From Flavobacteriales bacterium (lineage in GTDB: Bacteria > Bacteroidota > Bacteroidia > Palsa-965), in contig JBEIPA010000013.1 in the NCBI GenBank assembly GCA_040377305.1, forward strand, positions 32,001-96,000: DNA of 64,000 nucleotides, given 5' to 3'. Below, one piece after another: positions 1 through 9,648 of this stretch (position 1 is its first letter; every line of letters starts with the position of its first letter). Under the pieces are notes generated by a model that ran no database searches, was not told the origin of the DNA, and saw only the letters and a program-made list of their open reading frames with translations. The translations under genes and the position numbers were made by a program.

Positions 1-2
1 CG

Positions 3-2072
3 AATTTTGATTCATGTATGATTATTACAAACAGCGCCTTTATTGGTGGCACGGTATACGTTCGGGGAATTACATCGTGCCCTGATACTAATAACAATAC
101 CCGCAACGGAACAATTTTATTCTTGAGTCCTCCTGCAGTATCCGCAGGCGTCGCCGACACACTATCCTGCATCGTCACGCAAACCACGCTATATGGAACG
201 TGTACGCCTGCACCATTCAGCTGGGCGTGGACTGGTCCAAATACGTTTAGTAGCGCAGACTCATGCATCGCAAATACAGCTGGAATGCATTATCTCACTT
301 GTGTAGGAACAAATGGTTGCAGAAGAAGTGATAGCACTTTCGTATTCGCCGACACAATCCCGCCAACGCTTGTCCCATTCACCGCTCCAACAATTACCTG
401 CGCAAACGATAGCGTATATCTCGATGCGTCTTCTCAGTATCCGAACGATTCGTTACGATGGAGCATCGGTGCTGGTTCATATCCAAATCCGGCTTTGGTA
501 ACTGCATCAGGAAATGTGTTACTCGTCGTTACAGATCGTGGTAACGGATGTTCGTCGACAGATACAATTTTTGTGAGTGCGAATACATCCACACCAAATG
601 CATCCATTAGTTACACCGACACATTGCTTACATGTGCGGTTGATTCGATTTTACTTAGTGGAAATTCCACAGCTACTGGCGGCGCATCATTTTACTGGCG
701 CGATACAGCATTGACTGTATTTCCAGATCCCTTGTGGGTAACGATACCCGGAGCCTATTTGATGACCGCTACTGGTAATATCAATGGATGTACCACCACA
801 GTTGGTCCGGTTTACATCAACGGCTGGTATACGCCACCAAACATCACACTCGCTACCGACTCCTTCAACATCAACTGCTCGTCCGATTCTGTTCTGCTCA
901 GCGGTTCTTCGCTTACAGTGAGCGCAACATTGCAATGGACCGATTCGGTATTGTTCAATAATGCGAACCCTGCAATGACGGGTGCACAGGGAATGTATTA
1001 CCTCATCGCAACAGACACACTGAATGGATGTGTTGCCGTTGATTCTGCTTACGTTGGTTTTGAAGCAACGCTGGATGTGACTGGAGTGAATGACACTGCA
1101 ATTTGTCCGGGAAGCGGAGCAGTGCTCTATGTTTCTCCGATCGGTGGAACGTCTCCGTATTCGTATCAGTGGAATAACTCGGGGGGAAATGTTGCACTCG
1201 TTACAGTTTATCCGGGCGATACTTTGCAATACATCGTGAGCGTAACTGACGGTGCTGGTTGTGTTGGTGAAGACACCGTCGTTGTGAATGTGCCGGATCC
1301 GATTCTCGATTCGGTGCTTTCGTTTCAGCCTTGCGATCCATTGCAACCAACCGGACAAATTCAGGTTTATCCCTGGGGCGGCGTGCCACCGTATCAGTTT
1401 TCTATTGACAACGGATTAAGCTGGCAGTCGAGTGGAGTATTCGGCGGATTAACGTTTGGCAGCTACAATGTTTTGATTGAAGATGCAATCGGCTGCTCGC
1501 AAACTGCAATCGGAATAATTGATACCAACTCATTGAGTCCCGCTCCGGAATTTCTCGTGAGCACTTCACCTGAATTGGGCGATACAATTGTGATCGTCGA
1601 CATTTCAAATCCACGTCCCGATTCTGTGGTGTGGATTTTTCCGGCGAACACCATAATCGTTGATACATCAATGTTCTCTCCGGCCATTGTTCCGGGAGAT
1701 ACCGGTGCATTCACGATTTCCATGCACGCGTTTTACGGTTCGTGCGAAGTGGTGCTTAATCGTCTCGTGAATATTCAACCATTCGATTCTACGAATGCAA
1801 GTCCGTGGATGTCGAATGCAATTGATTCACTCATTCTCTACCCGAATCCAAACAGCGGAACTTTTACTGTACACACCGAGTTGCAGGGAAAACAGGATTT
1901 CATCATTCTGATCATCGATGAATTTGGAAACGAGCGGGGCAGACAACACGTGTCGGACGCCGATGAATGGACCGGACAGATGTCGGTGAATAATCCTGTG
2001 CCGGGTAATTACATTCTTCGTGTTATCGCTGAATTCGATTCTGCAGAAATGATTTTCGTGATTGCCCAATGA
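3..2072 (+). CDS. T9SS-secreted protein with SprB-like/Ig-like repeats and type A C-terminal sorting domain (5' truncated by window edge)
   Basis: Frame open from base 3; repeated Cys/Thr-rich beta modules (ITC..DS, GG(T/V)xPYxY/F, YxVxVTDxxGC); C-terminal LYPNPNSG...GNYILRV motif. Confidence 0.85.
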   Translation, partial: NFDSCMIITNSAFIGGTVYVRGITSCPDTNNNTRNGTILFLSPPAVSAGVADTLSCIVTQTTLYGTCTPAPFSWAWTGPNTFSSADSCIANTAGMHYLTCVGTNGCRRSDSTFVFADTIPPTLVPFTAPTITCANDSVYLDASSQYPNDSLRWSIGAGSYPNPALVTASGNVLLVVTDRGNGCSSTDTIFVSANTSTPNASISYTDTLLTCAVDSILLSGNSTATGGASFYWRDTALTVFPDPLWVTIPGAYLMTATGNINGCTTTVGPVYINGWYTPPNITLATDSFNINCSSDSVLLSGSSLTVSATLQWTDSVLFNNANPAMTGAQGMYYLIATDTLNGCVAVDSAYVGFEATLDVTGVNDTAICPGSGAVLYVSPIGGTSPYSYQWNNSGGNVALVTVYPGDTLQYIVSVTDGAGCVGEDTVVVNVPDPILDSVLSFQPCDPLQPTGQIQVYPWGGVPPYQFSIDNGLSWQSSGVFGGLTFGSYNVLIEDAIGCSQTAIGIIDTNSLSPAPEFLVSTSPELGDTIVIVDISNPRPDSVVWIFPANTIIVDTSMFSPAIVPGDTGAFTISMHAFYGSCEVVLNRLVNIQPFDSTNASPWMSNAIDSLILYPNPNSGTFTVHTELQGKQDFIILIIDEFGNERGRQHVSDADEWTGQMSVNNPVPGNYILRVIAEFDSAEMIFVIAQ

Positions 2073-3769
2073 GAAAGTTCGCGTTCATATTTCTTCTGCT
2101 TTGCTCACTGAGCGGATTTCTTAACGGTCAAAATCTCGAGAAGATCGGCAAGAAGGATATGATCACCATCGGCGGATCGATGAATCTCAATTCGATTTTC
2201 TACGACGCACACGGATTCATTCCTCGTCGCGATCCGTACACGTGGTATTTCAACGGTTCGCTGAACGTAACCATTCTGGATGTATCGTTGCCGTTCACGT
2301 ACAGCTACTCGAATCAGCACGGAACGTACACGCAACCGTTCAACATGCAAAGTTGTTCTCCGAAATACAAGTGGGCACAGGCGCATATAGGAACAACAGC
2401 ACTCACCTATTCGCCATACACATTGGGCGGACATCTGTTCACCGGTGGCGCACTCGAGCTTACACCCAACGGATTTTTCATTGGAGGAATGTACGGTCGA
2501 TTCCGAAAAGCGGTGGCTGACGATCCCATTTCGCAAACTGCAGAACAGGTCAGCTACAAGCGAATGGGTTATGCATTTAAAGCAGGTTACGAGAACAACG
2601 GACAAGCATTAACTGTTTCGTATTTCCATGCAGCCGATGATCCGAACTCTTTGATGTTTGTTCCGCCCGACGCGAATCTTTCTCCGATGGAAAATTCAGC
2701 AATCGGAATCAGCGGAAAAACTACACTGTGGGAAGTGCTGAATGTTACCGGGGAATTTGCCGCATCCGGATTAACACGAAACATTTTCTCCGAAGATGAA
2801 ACCGCCGATTATAACGGCTGGGAGAAATGGCTTGTGCGTACGAAGACGACGACTGAATTTTATCGCGCATGGAAAGCATCCGTTGGTTATAGCACGAAAT
2901 TGTTTTCCATTTCCGTACTGCACGAGCATGTAGATCCCGGCTATCAGACATTAGGCGCGTATTTCTTCAACAATGATCTTGAGAATTACACCGTTGCGCC
3001 GGCTTTTCGTTTTCTCAAGGGAAAATTGTCGGTGAGTCTGAACACCGGATTCCAGAGGAACAATCTGGCGGGTGATCGTCTAAGCACCACACAGCGTTGG
3101 GTTGGAAGTGCGAATGTTTCATTCAATCCTTCGAAGCACTGGATGATCAGTACGGCGTATTCGAATTTCTCGTCGTACACACGCAATCGTCCGAATGCAG
3201 ATCCATTCTGGACTCCTTCGCCGGCAGATACACTGAGCTTTTACCAAATTGCACAACAAGGAAACGCAACGGTGAGTTACAACTTCGGTGAGAAAATCAC
3301 GAAGCAAACGTTTGCGATCATCGGGTCGTATCAAGTCACCGGACAACAACAGTCTGGCGACCTCCTGCCTTCCACAAAAATTCTGAATGGTAATTTCACA
3401 TGGAATGTTTCCTGGATCAAATCGAAGTGGTCTGTAACTACACTCGCGAATTATAATCAGGCAGATGCCGGAATTATTTTCACGCAGCAGTTTGGTCCCG
3501 GACTTCAGCTTGGAAAAGCGTTCATGCAAAATCGATTGCGTTTTTCCGGAGGTGGAGTGTATAATCGCTCCATGGCCAATTCCGTTTTGCTCAATCACGT
3601 GATAAGCTATCGCGCTCTATTTTCGTTCACACCCAAAGTGAAAAACGAAAAGTTGGGTCGACCATCTCTGAGTGCGAACGCAGTTTACGTGAATAAACTT
3701 CCGGTGGTGGAAGGGTTGGAGGCGACGGGGGAGTTGACTGTTACGGTGAATGTTGGGTATTCTTTCTGA
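2069..3769 (+). CDS. Putative outer-membrane beta-barrel protein
   Basis: Signal peptide, amphipathic beta-strand pattern, C-terminal VGYSF; ATGA overlap with upstream T9SS cargo gene. Confidence 0.75.
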   Translation: MRKFAFIFLLLCSLSGFLNGQNLEKIGKKDMITIGGSMNLNSIFYDAHGFIPRRDPYTWYFNGSLNVTILDVSLPFTYSYSNQHGTYTQPFNMQSCSPKYKWAQAHIGTTALTYSPYTLGGHLFTGGALELTPNGFFIGGMYGRFRKAVADDPISQTAEQVSYKRMGYAFKAGYENNGQALTVSYFHAADDPNSLMFVPPDANLSPMENSAIGISGKTTLWEVLNVTGEFAASGLTRNIFSEDETADYNGWEKWLVRTKTTTEFYRAWKASVGYSTKLFSISVLHEHVDPGYQTLGAYFFNNDLENYTVAPAFRFLKGKLSVSLNTGFQRNNLAGDRLSTTQRWVGSANVSFNPSKHWMISTAYSNFSSYTRNRPNADPFWTPSPADTLSFYQIAQQGNATVSYNFGEKITKQTFAIIGSYQVTGQQQSGDLLPSTKILNGNFTWNVSWIKSKWSVTTLANYNQADAGIIFTQQFGPGLQLGKAFMQNRLRFSGGGVYNRSMANSVLLNHVISYRALFSFTPKVKNEKLGRPSLSANAVYVNKLPVVEGLEATGELTVTVNVGYSF

Positions 3770-3787
3770 TTTTACGTGCGGCAATAG

Positions 3788-5038
3788 TTACTTCATGTAT
3801 TCTTTGCCTTTTGAATCGATAAAGAAGTAGGTGCCGTTTTTCTTAACCTTCATTAGACCGGAATCGAAATACGTTTCTTCAATGTATTCGTAGACGAAAG
3901 GAATAACCGTATTATTATTCTGATCGATAACTCCCCAGAATCCGCCCTTGAGAGCGGCAAAAAAACCTTTTTCGCTTACAAATTTTGTTTGATCGTAGGT
4001 CGCAGAAATTACCAGTTTTCCTGCCTTATTCATAATTCCCCACAGTTTTGTTTGAGGATCAACGATGGGAATTGATGTGCTGTAAAAAGATGGAGCACCC
4101 ATGTAACCAACGGTGTAGATGTAATCAAAGAGTTTTTCTCCTTTCTTGTTGATGTATTGCCACTTCCCATTTTCCTGAACTGCTGCAACACCTGAATAAA
4201 ATGCATTGACCCTGTCGTACTTCGCCTCAACTACAACTTTCAGATTTTCATCAACAAAACCTTCTTTACCGTTGCATTTGAATTTTGCGAGACCTTCGTG
4301 CCAATCAAATGAACCACCACTCATATCCAATTTCCCTTCACAAGAAAGTTCATGTGTTTTTTTACCCGATAGATCTGTCGTGTAAATCTGCTTGCCGTTA
4401 ATACCAGGATCTTCTATCGAATGAAGAATGTTGTTTGCGCCAACAAGCTCAATGTTGTGGTCTTCAGTAAGTAGTTTTTTGCCGGTTTTGTCAATGATAC
4501 TTTGTCTTGTGACTCTTTTGCCGTCGAGGTCCAGCAATTCGGTCACTTTGGCTTTCCCAAATCGAAATTGTTCGATGTAATTATAAGTAGCCGGAACTAG
4601 CTCTTTTCCTTTAGCATCCATGTATCCCCATAATTTCCCCTGTTGAAATCCGAAGAGTCCGTCTCCAACGAAATGGAACGCCGTATACTTAAAATCAGTA
4701 ACAACTTTATAGGAACTATTCATTAGTGCCTGTATTGAATTATGGTCAACTAAAGCCCAGCATCCATCACCTTTATTATCGATTGATTTGTAAGCTGGTT
4801 TTACTACTTCCTTTCCGTTAGAATCAACGAGTCCGCAGTTATTATCGATATAGACAAGGAATGCGTTGTTTCCTGCAAAGGAAACATAGGTATAAACCGG
4901 TTCAATTAACGTCGCTCCTTTCCAATCTACAAAACCGAACTTGTCACCGGTTTTCATTGGAATTGCATTAAAAGTTCCGGCTGCTGCAAACAGAGGGAAA
5001 AGCAGGATGATCAGAAGTTGTGGAATTGAGTTTCTCAT
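3788..5038 (-). CDS. WG-repeat (KWG Leptospira-type) secreted protein
   Basis: Signal peptide; repeated KWG/KFG-(F/Y)-I-D-xxG..VI...Y units. Confidence 0.85.
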   Translation of the reverse strand: MRNSIPQLLIILLFPLFAAAGTFNAIPMKTGDKFGFVDWKGATLIEPVYTYVSFAGNNAFLVYIDNNCGLVDSNGKEVVKPAYKSIDNKGDGCWALVDHNSIQALMNSSYKVVTDFKYTAFHFVGDGLFGFQQGKLWGYMDAKGKELVPATYNYIEQFRFGKAKVTELLDLDGKRVTRQSIIDKTGKKLLTEDHNIELVGANNILHSIEDPGINGKQIYTTDLSGKKTHELSCEGKLDMSGGSFDWHEGLAKFKCNGKEGFVDENLKVVVEAKYDRVNAFYSGVAAVQENGKWQYINKKGEKLFDYIYTVGYMGAPSFYSTSIPIVDPQTKLWGIMNKAGKLVISATYDQTKFVSEKGFFAALKGGFWGVIDQNNNTVIPFVYEYIEETYFDSGLMKVKKNGTYFFIDSKGKEYMK

Positions 5039-5237
5039 AGCGAGTTGGGGTTATTGAATACTCTAAAATAGCAGTTTTTATTACAACAATCAGGCTGTAC
5101 TAATTTGACATTGAGAAACTCACCGCCAAACTATCTTTTGTTCAATTGATTCTTGGGTCGTCCGCGAAAAAGAAAGCGATATGGATAATTCAGGGTGCAG
5201 CGGAATCAATAGTAAAAGCGACTGTTTTCGATAGCCA

Positions 5238-6029
5238 TCAGTCGATCTTCTCAACGTTAATATCATCCACATACAACACCGTCTCACTTTCCTTCGTATT
5301 CGCAGTTATACCGAACTCAATGCTCTGATACATTCCTTTGGTACCTTGTTGCGAGTATAGAAAATCTTTCGGCAACGTTTTGCGGTTGTCACTCGAGAGA
5401 ATTTGTAAGCCATCCTGCCAAACGCGGATGTATCCTTTTTTCTTCTGCGATAGTTTTACTTCCAGCGTAAGATTGAACCACTGATCGCGAGGCAATGCAA
5501 TAGCCTGTCCTTCGCTTTGGTATACATCATCGTTGAAGAATTTGTGTTCGAGTGTAATTCCCGCTGCAGTGGTGTTAGCAAGCCGCATCCCCGGACCGGC
5601 TCCAATAGCTGCTTGTTCTTCAAAGTCGAAAAGAAAAATCCAGTCTTTGCTTTCTGTTCCTTCGATGTAATACCATGCAGAGATTCGCACAACGTCACCT
5701 TCGTAGAAAGCCATTTGTTGTTTGACGACACTGCATTTTGAAACTCTGTCAGTAGGAGAAGCGTGCGCGAAGAACTTCAGCGACTTGTTTCCTCCGTGTA
5801 CAATATTAGTGTCGAATGCAATGTAGTTGCCATCAACGGTGTTCTGATGAAACGACCAGCGAGTATCATTGTTGTTGAACATGGAATCGACATGCGCATA
5901 GGATTCGAAATCTTCGCTCATGGAATTTGGACCATCGAACCATTTTTCTTTTTTGCAGCCTTCCGTTATTCCCAGGAGAAGAAACAGCGTAACCACGGCA
6001 CACGGAAACCAGAATAGTTTACTCTTCAT
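5238..6029 (-). CDS. Polysaccharide lyase-like (jelly-roll, heparin lyase I-like) lipoprotein
   Basis: Start re-assigned to MKSKLFW (GGAGG upstream); lipobox-like EGC; PRDQWFNLTLEV..GYIRVWQDG and LYVDDI motifs of ConA-like/PL folds. Confidence 0.6.
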   Translation of the reverse strand: MKSKLFWFPCAVVTLFLLLGITEGCKKEKWFDGPNSMSEDFESYAHVDSMFNNNDTRWSFHQNTVDGNYIAFDTNIVHGGNKSLKFFAHASPTDRVSKCSVVKQQMAFYEGDVVRISAWYYIEGTESKDWIFLFDFEEQAAIGAGPGMRLANTTAAGITLEHKFFNDDVYQSEGQAIALPRDQWFNLTLEVKLSQKKKGYIRVWQDGLQILSSDNRKTLPKDFLYSQQGTKGMYQSIEFGITANTKESETVLYVDDINVEKID

Positions 6030-6561
6030 GTTTGCCTCCCAGTTTATATCCGAGTGAAATTCCGGCCCAGTGTTGCCACTGATAATCGACAAGCCAGCCA
6101 ACGATTGGTGTATATGACACACGCGCGAACCATTTTTTGTCTTTCGGTTCGAAACGATAGCCAAGCACCAGTGGCGACTTGATATAGAACGCAGCTTTAG
6201 TTGTAACGGCGGGTGCCAATCCGGCTCCTAGTTCCAGTTTATGTTTGCCGCAACCATAAATCCAATTTACCATAACCGGAAAAATCAATGCGACGCCGTT
6301 GTTCTTGTCAATGGGAGTCATTGAAAATCCAAAGCGCCATCCGAAATAATAACCCGAGTGAGGTGGCGATCCGCACATGTCGCGAAATTTCGGACCGTAG
6401 TCGGAAGGAACCCACAATGGTTTTTCGAAATTGATGGAAGCTAATCCACCGCTGCCTCCAAGTTCGAAATACAAATTACGTGTGGTCTGTGCACGCGAAG
6501 CCAGACTCGCAAGTAGCAGTGTTACAATTAAAAATGTTCGATATGTGAAATGGATTTTCAT
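6019..6561 (-). CDS. Hypothetical small outer-membrane beta-barrel protein
   Basis: Signal peptide; YFELGGSGGLASINFE and C-terminal WAGISLGYK strand. Confidence 0.6.
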   Translation of the reverse strand: MKIHFTYRTFLIVTLLLASLASRAQTTRNLYFELGGSGGLASINFEKPLWVPSDYGPKFRDMCGSPPHSGYYFGWRFGFSMTPIDKNNGVALIFPVMVNWIYGCGKHKLELGAGLAPAVTTKAAFYIKSPLVLGYRFEPKDKKWFARVSYTPIVGWLVDYQWQHWAGISLGYKLGGKHEE

Positions 6562-6562
6562 T

Positions 6563-7651
6563 CTAACATTTTACTTTGGATGCAATGCAGAGGATATAGC
6601 TACCGGGAATAATGCTGGCACGTTGGACCATCGTTGTTCCCCTCGCATTCACTAGTTTATGATAGGTCTCACAATTCGTTTGGTAGCGTTGACTGACGGA
6701 TGTGAATGTCTTGCTTTTCACAGGCGTTCGGGATTCTTCATAACTATAATAGTAGAACTGCCGGACTTTATCTCCAGTGAGAATGTCTTCAAAGGTGTAG
6801 AAAAGTGCTCCTCTTTGTACTTCATTCAATTGTGGTCGCATAGTGGTGTCGGTACACATGGACAGTGCGGCATTCAGATAGCATCTGAAGCCGGCGAGAA
6901 TATATTCGCAATCATAGACTGCTACTCCGACACCGGCGTACTTTACATCCCAATAATCTGACACGGTATCTTTGTATCCAAGAGTGAAACGAAACATTGC
7001 GGTATCCAATTGATAGAACATGCTTGCAATGGTTTGTTGATTGTATCCGATTTCCGCTAAGTTCTTTTTGAATAAGGCTACCGTGTCAAACAAACGGTAC
7101 AGCAGATCATGTGTTTCAGAACGAAAGTCCGACGTGTTGCAGAATGAAATCAATGTATCGCGTGAGTTCAACATGACGGTGCGTGAATCGTTGATCAGCA
7201 CGTCGAGTGAGTCCAGTGATTTCTGGTTGGCATCTCTGCCATAAATCATGTTGTCTTCCAGGAACACCATCATGAGATTGTCCAGATAAACCACCGGGAC
7301 AATTCCGCTAATATTCGGATTTCCAAATGCAAGTGCAGCGGTGTCGCCTGAAGTATTTACTTTCAGAGCAGCGGCGCATTTTTTCGCATGTGAATTATAA
7401 GTTGCCTCAGGTAGTTTACTTTGCTGATCACTGAAGCACTTGCGTACTGCTATTTCTGCGAGCTCGGTTGATTTTAAACGTTGCAGAATCAGAGTCTGAC
7501 TTCTCGCATACTTAGCAGGTGCTCCGAATAGTGTATTGTAACCGGCAGACCCAAGCATCATCCTGGAATACACCGAATCAGTCTGCGCAAGTCCTTGACC
7601 GGCCAAAAGTGACAGAAATAGTGCAATAAAAAGGGTGCAGCGGAAAGACAT
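6563..7651 (-). CDS. Hypothetical secreted protein
   Basis: 362-aa ORF with signal peptide, 1 bp from next gene; no family recognised. Confidence 0.6.
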   Translation of the reverse strand: MSFRCTLFIALFLSLLAGQGLAQTDSVYSRMMLGSAGYNTLFGAPAKYARSQTLILQRLKSTELAEIAVRKCFSDQQSKLPEATYNSHAKKCAAALKVNTSGDTAALAFGNPNISGIVPVVYLDNLMMVFLEDNMIYGRDANQKSLDSLDVLINDSRTVMLNSRDTLISFCNTSDFRSETHDLLYRLFDTVALFKKNLAEIGYNQQTIASMFYQLDTAMFRFTLGYKDTVSDYWDVKYAGVGVAVYDCEYILAGFRCYLNAALSMCTDTTMRPQLNEVQRGALFYTFEDILTGDKVRQFYYYSYEESRTPVKSKTFTSVSQRYQTNCETYHKLVNARGTTMVQRASIIPGSYILCIASKVKC

Positions 7652-7962
7652 TACCGAAAGTTAAGCAAATGTGGCATTCAGTTATTGACTCAATTCGGCC
7701 ACTTGTGTTGTTCGCCAATACCACGAACTGGTGATTCACGTTGTTTGTTATGGAATCGGCACTGCCCTTGCATCCTAATCGTGAAAGCGACAGAAAACGC
7801 CCGTCCGAACGGATGTTCATCCGGGCGGGCAGCTCAGTACCGTTTAGTATGATTGACAAAAATTAGATAAACCGGAATCAGAGTAACTAAGCTAAGTGTA
7901 CCGCGTCCCATAAGTAACAAAACGTAAATGATGACATTTTTTACACCACTAACTCCACACCC

Positions 7963-8604
7963 ATGTCAGCATTTGCCCCTATACTATCCGTTCGGAAACC
8001 CGATATCAAAGTCGGACTCTTCCTCTTCGCAGGATTACTTCCGGTAAGTTGTATCGCACTTCACTGCGCTGAAGTCATCACGCTGAAAAATGCACTCTGG
8101 TTTCTGATCATTCCGACAATTCTAATAGCGTTCGCAACGAGCAGCATTGATCGTAAATTATTGCAGCTGGTTTTACGCGGATGGATTTCGGGAATCATCG
8201 CAGTTGCACTTTATGATCTTTCACGGGTTCCGTTTATTCTCGCAGGCTGGGCAGATTTCATTCCACATATTTCAGCATGGTTAACCGACACGAATGAAAA
8301 TTCTTACCTCATTGGTTATACCTGGAGATATGCCGGCAATGGTGGTGGACTTGGAATTGTATTTTTCCTGCTCGCAAATCATTTTGGCTGGAAGAAATAC
8401 ATAGTCAGCAATGCAGTTTCGTACGGACTACTTGTATTCGCAAGTCTCGTTGCACTGCTCCTGATATTTCCGGGCGCACAGAAGATGATGTTCGAAATCA
8501 CACCGCTTTCCTTCTTCGGTGGAATGATCGGGCACATCGTTTACGGATATGTTCTCGGCAGATTGGCAAAGCGCGGCCTGACCGGAGTTACCGATGAAAA
8601 ATAA
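7963..8604 (+). CDS. Hypothetical integral membrane protein
   Basis: About six hydrophobic segments; YDLSR and GHIVYG motifs. Confidence 0.7.
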   Translation: MSAFAPILSVRKPDIKVGLFLFAGLLPVSCIALHCAEVITLKNALWFLIIPTILIAFATSSIDRKLLQLVLRGWISGIIAVALYDLSRVPFILAGWADFIPHISAWLTDTNENSYLIGYTWRYAGNGGGLGIVFFLLANHFGWKKYIVSNAVSYGLLVFASLVALLLIFPGAQKMMFEITPLSFFGGMIGHIVYGYVLGRLAKRGLTGVTDEK

Positions 8605-8635
8605 ATTTTCGTAAAGTCATATGACACGCAGGAAA

Positions 8636-8667
8636 GTGTTCCCGCCGACTGGGTCGACGGGAAACAT
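8636..8667 (-). terminator. Hairpin between convergent ORFs, possible terminator
   Basis: gttcccgccgac-tggg-tcgacgggaaac imperfect stem-loop. Confidence 0.45.
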
Positions 8668-8675
8668 TTTCTACA

Positions 8676-8807
8676 CTATCCAGAGCGATAAAAGAGCTTC
8701 GCAACTGCTCCGCAGATTCGGTTCATGAAGTCTGCAAGTGCATTTTGACGCGTATTCGCTATAGTAGGACGCATGCTGTTCAATACAAATCGGTTGTAGT
8801 TTTTCAT
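8676..8807 (-). CDS. Putative 43-aa small protein MKNYNRFVLNSMRPTIANTRQNALADFMNRICGAVAKLFYRSG
   Basis: Hand-translated; A-rich initiation region aaaaccaaatgaaATG; followed by hairpin. Confidence 0.4.
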   Translation of the reverse strand: MKNYNRFVLNSMRPTIANTRQNALADFMNRICGAVAKLFYRSG

Positions 8808-8818
8808 TTCATTTGGTT

Positions 8819-8938
8819 TTAATAGTTAGATAACAATTTCAGTACCAAGAAAAGTAGAAGCGCAATTTCAAATGCGGTCATCTGCTTTACGATACGCCAT
8901 CCTGCATGAAGCAGTCGTGTAAGTAATACTGTTTTCAT
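8819..8938 (-). CDS. Putative 39-aa hydrophobic small protein MKTVLLTRLLHAGWRIVKQMTAFEIALLLFLVLKLLSNY
   Basis: Hand-translated; C-terminal TM-like segment; 11 bp upstream of the next small ORF. Confidence 0.4.
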   Translation of the reverse strand: MKTVLLTRLLHAGWRIVKQMTAFEIALLLFLVLKLLSNY

Positions 8939-9050
8939 AGTTTACGGTATTAGTGACCGATTGGTTTTCTCTGTGGCTCGCCTTCCCATTGGAAAAGGCG
9001 CACGATACATAGTAATCCACTCTGACCAGTGCAGTTTTACAGATACAGCA

Positions 9051-9260
9051 CATTACTGCCCACTGCATTTCTGCCCAACTGCCTACTGCCCAACTGCATT
9101 ACTGCCTACTGTTCAGGAGGTGGATCTTCCGGAGGCTTTTCAGTAGTGATACCGAAAGTCGCTCCATCATTGGTGATTGTTGCCGTAGCACGAGTTGCAT
9201 TCATTGTTTTTAACCTCCTTTCTCATTCAGTTGGCAGTAAGCAGTTGGGCAGTAGGCAGT
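9051..9260. repeat. ACTGCC-rich short-unit inverted repeat arms enclosing a small ORF
   Basis: 9078-9110 actgcctactgcccaactgcattactgcctact matches reverse complement of 9229-9260 with 1 gap and 1 mismatch. Confidence 0.85.
9106..9204 (-). CDS. Putative 32-aa peptide MNATRATATITNDGATFGITTEKPPEDPPPEQ
   Basis: Hand-translated; AAGGAGG at 9214-9220 (minus), 9 nt before ATG. Confidence 0.5.
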   Translation of the reverse strand: MNATRATATITNDGATFGITTEKPPEDPPPEQ

Positions 9261-9400
9261 CGATACGACTACTGAAACAACCACCGCGTGCGGTTAATTG
9301 TTATTGATGATTCTGTTGTTGGTGATTTTTTGTCATGCCGAGTAGACGCGAACATCTGCGGAGCAGCTTGTGGGTGAATACCGTCGTACCGAGACAGGAC

Positions 9401-9431
9401 AAAAAACGCCCCGTACGTTTCCGTCGGGGCG
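9401..9431 (-). terminator. Intrinsic terminator / attenuator
   Basis: cgccccg...cggggcg stem followed by TTTTTT on minus strand. Confidence 0.75.
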
Positions 9432-9454
9432 CTTCGTGTGATATATTAAAATAC

Positions 9455-9544
9455 CTACACCTCGCTTCCCGGGCGGGACGCATCACCGACACATGGAATA
9501 TCCATGCTGCAGAGTGACTGTTTAAATTGGTGTAGTGTGTTCAT
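9455..9544 (-). CDS. Putative 29-aa leader peptide MNTLHQFKQSLCSMDIPCVGDASRPGSEV
   Basis: Lies between a TACATTTG promoter box and an intrinsic terminator; A-rich initiation region. Confidence 0.5.
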   Translation of the reverse strand: MNTLHQFKQSLCSMDIPCVGDASRPGSEV

Positions 9545-9583
9545 TTTTCGTTTTTCCGAAACCGATTTTACGGAGACGGGGCG

Positions 9584-9591
9584 CAAATGTA
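9584..9591 (-). promoter_or_regulatory. Bacteroidota sigma70 -7 box (TACATTTG)
   Basis: Exact TAnnTTTG match upstream of the leader ORF. Confidence 0.6.
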
Positions 9592-9648
9592 AATGATTAG
9601 AAGAATATGAGTCAAGGAAAATGAAAAATATATTTTGTTGCGCAGATT

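Noticed and set aside
687-1358. 223-aa antisense ORF and the many other 60-210 aa shadow ORFs in the track
   Set aside because: They lie opposite or out of frame within well-supported genes and show no recognisable motifs
9300-9400. tRNA or known riboswitch downstream of the attenuator
   Set aside because: No cloverleaf, T-loop or recognisable aptamer consensus by eye; the gtcatgccgag start looks REP-like; needs Infernal
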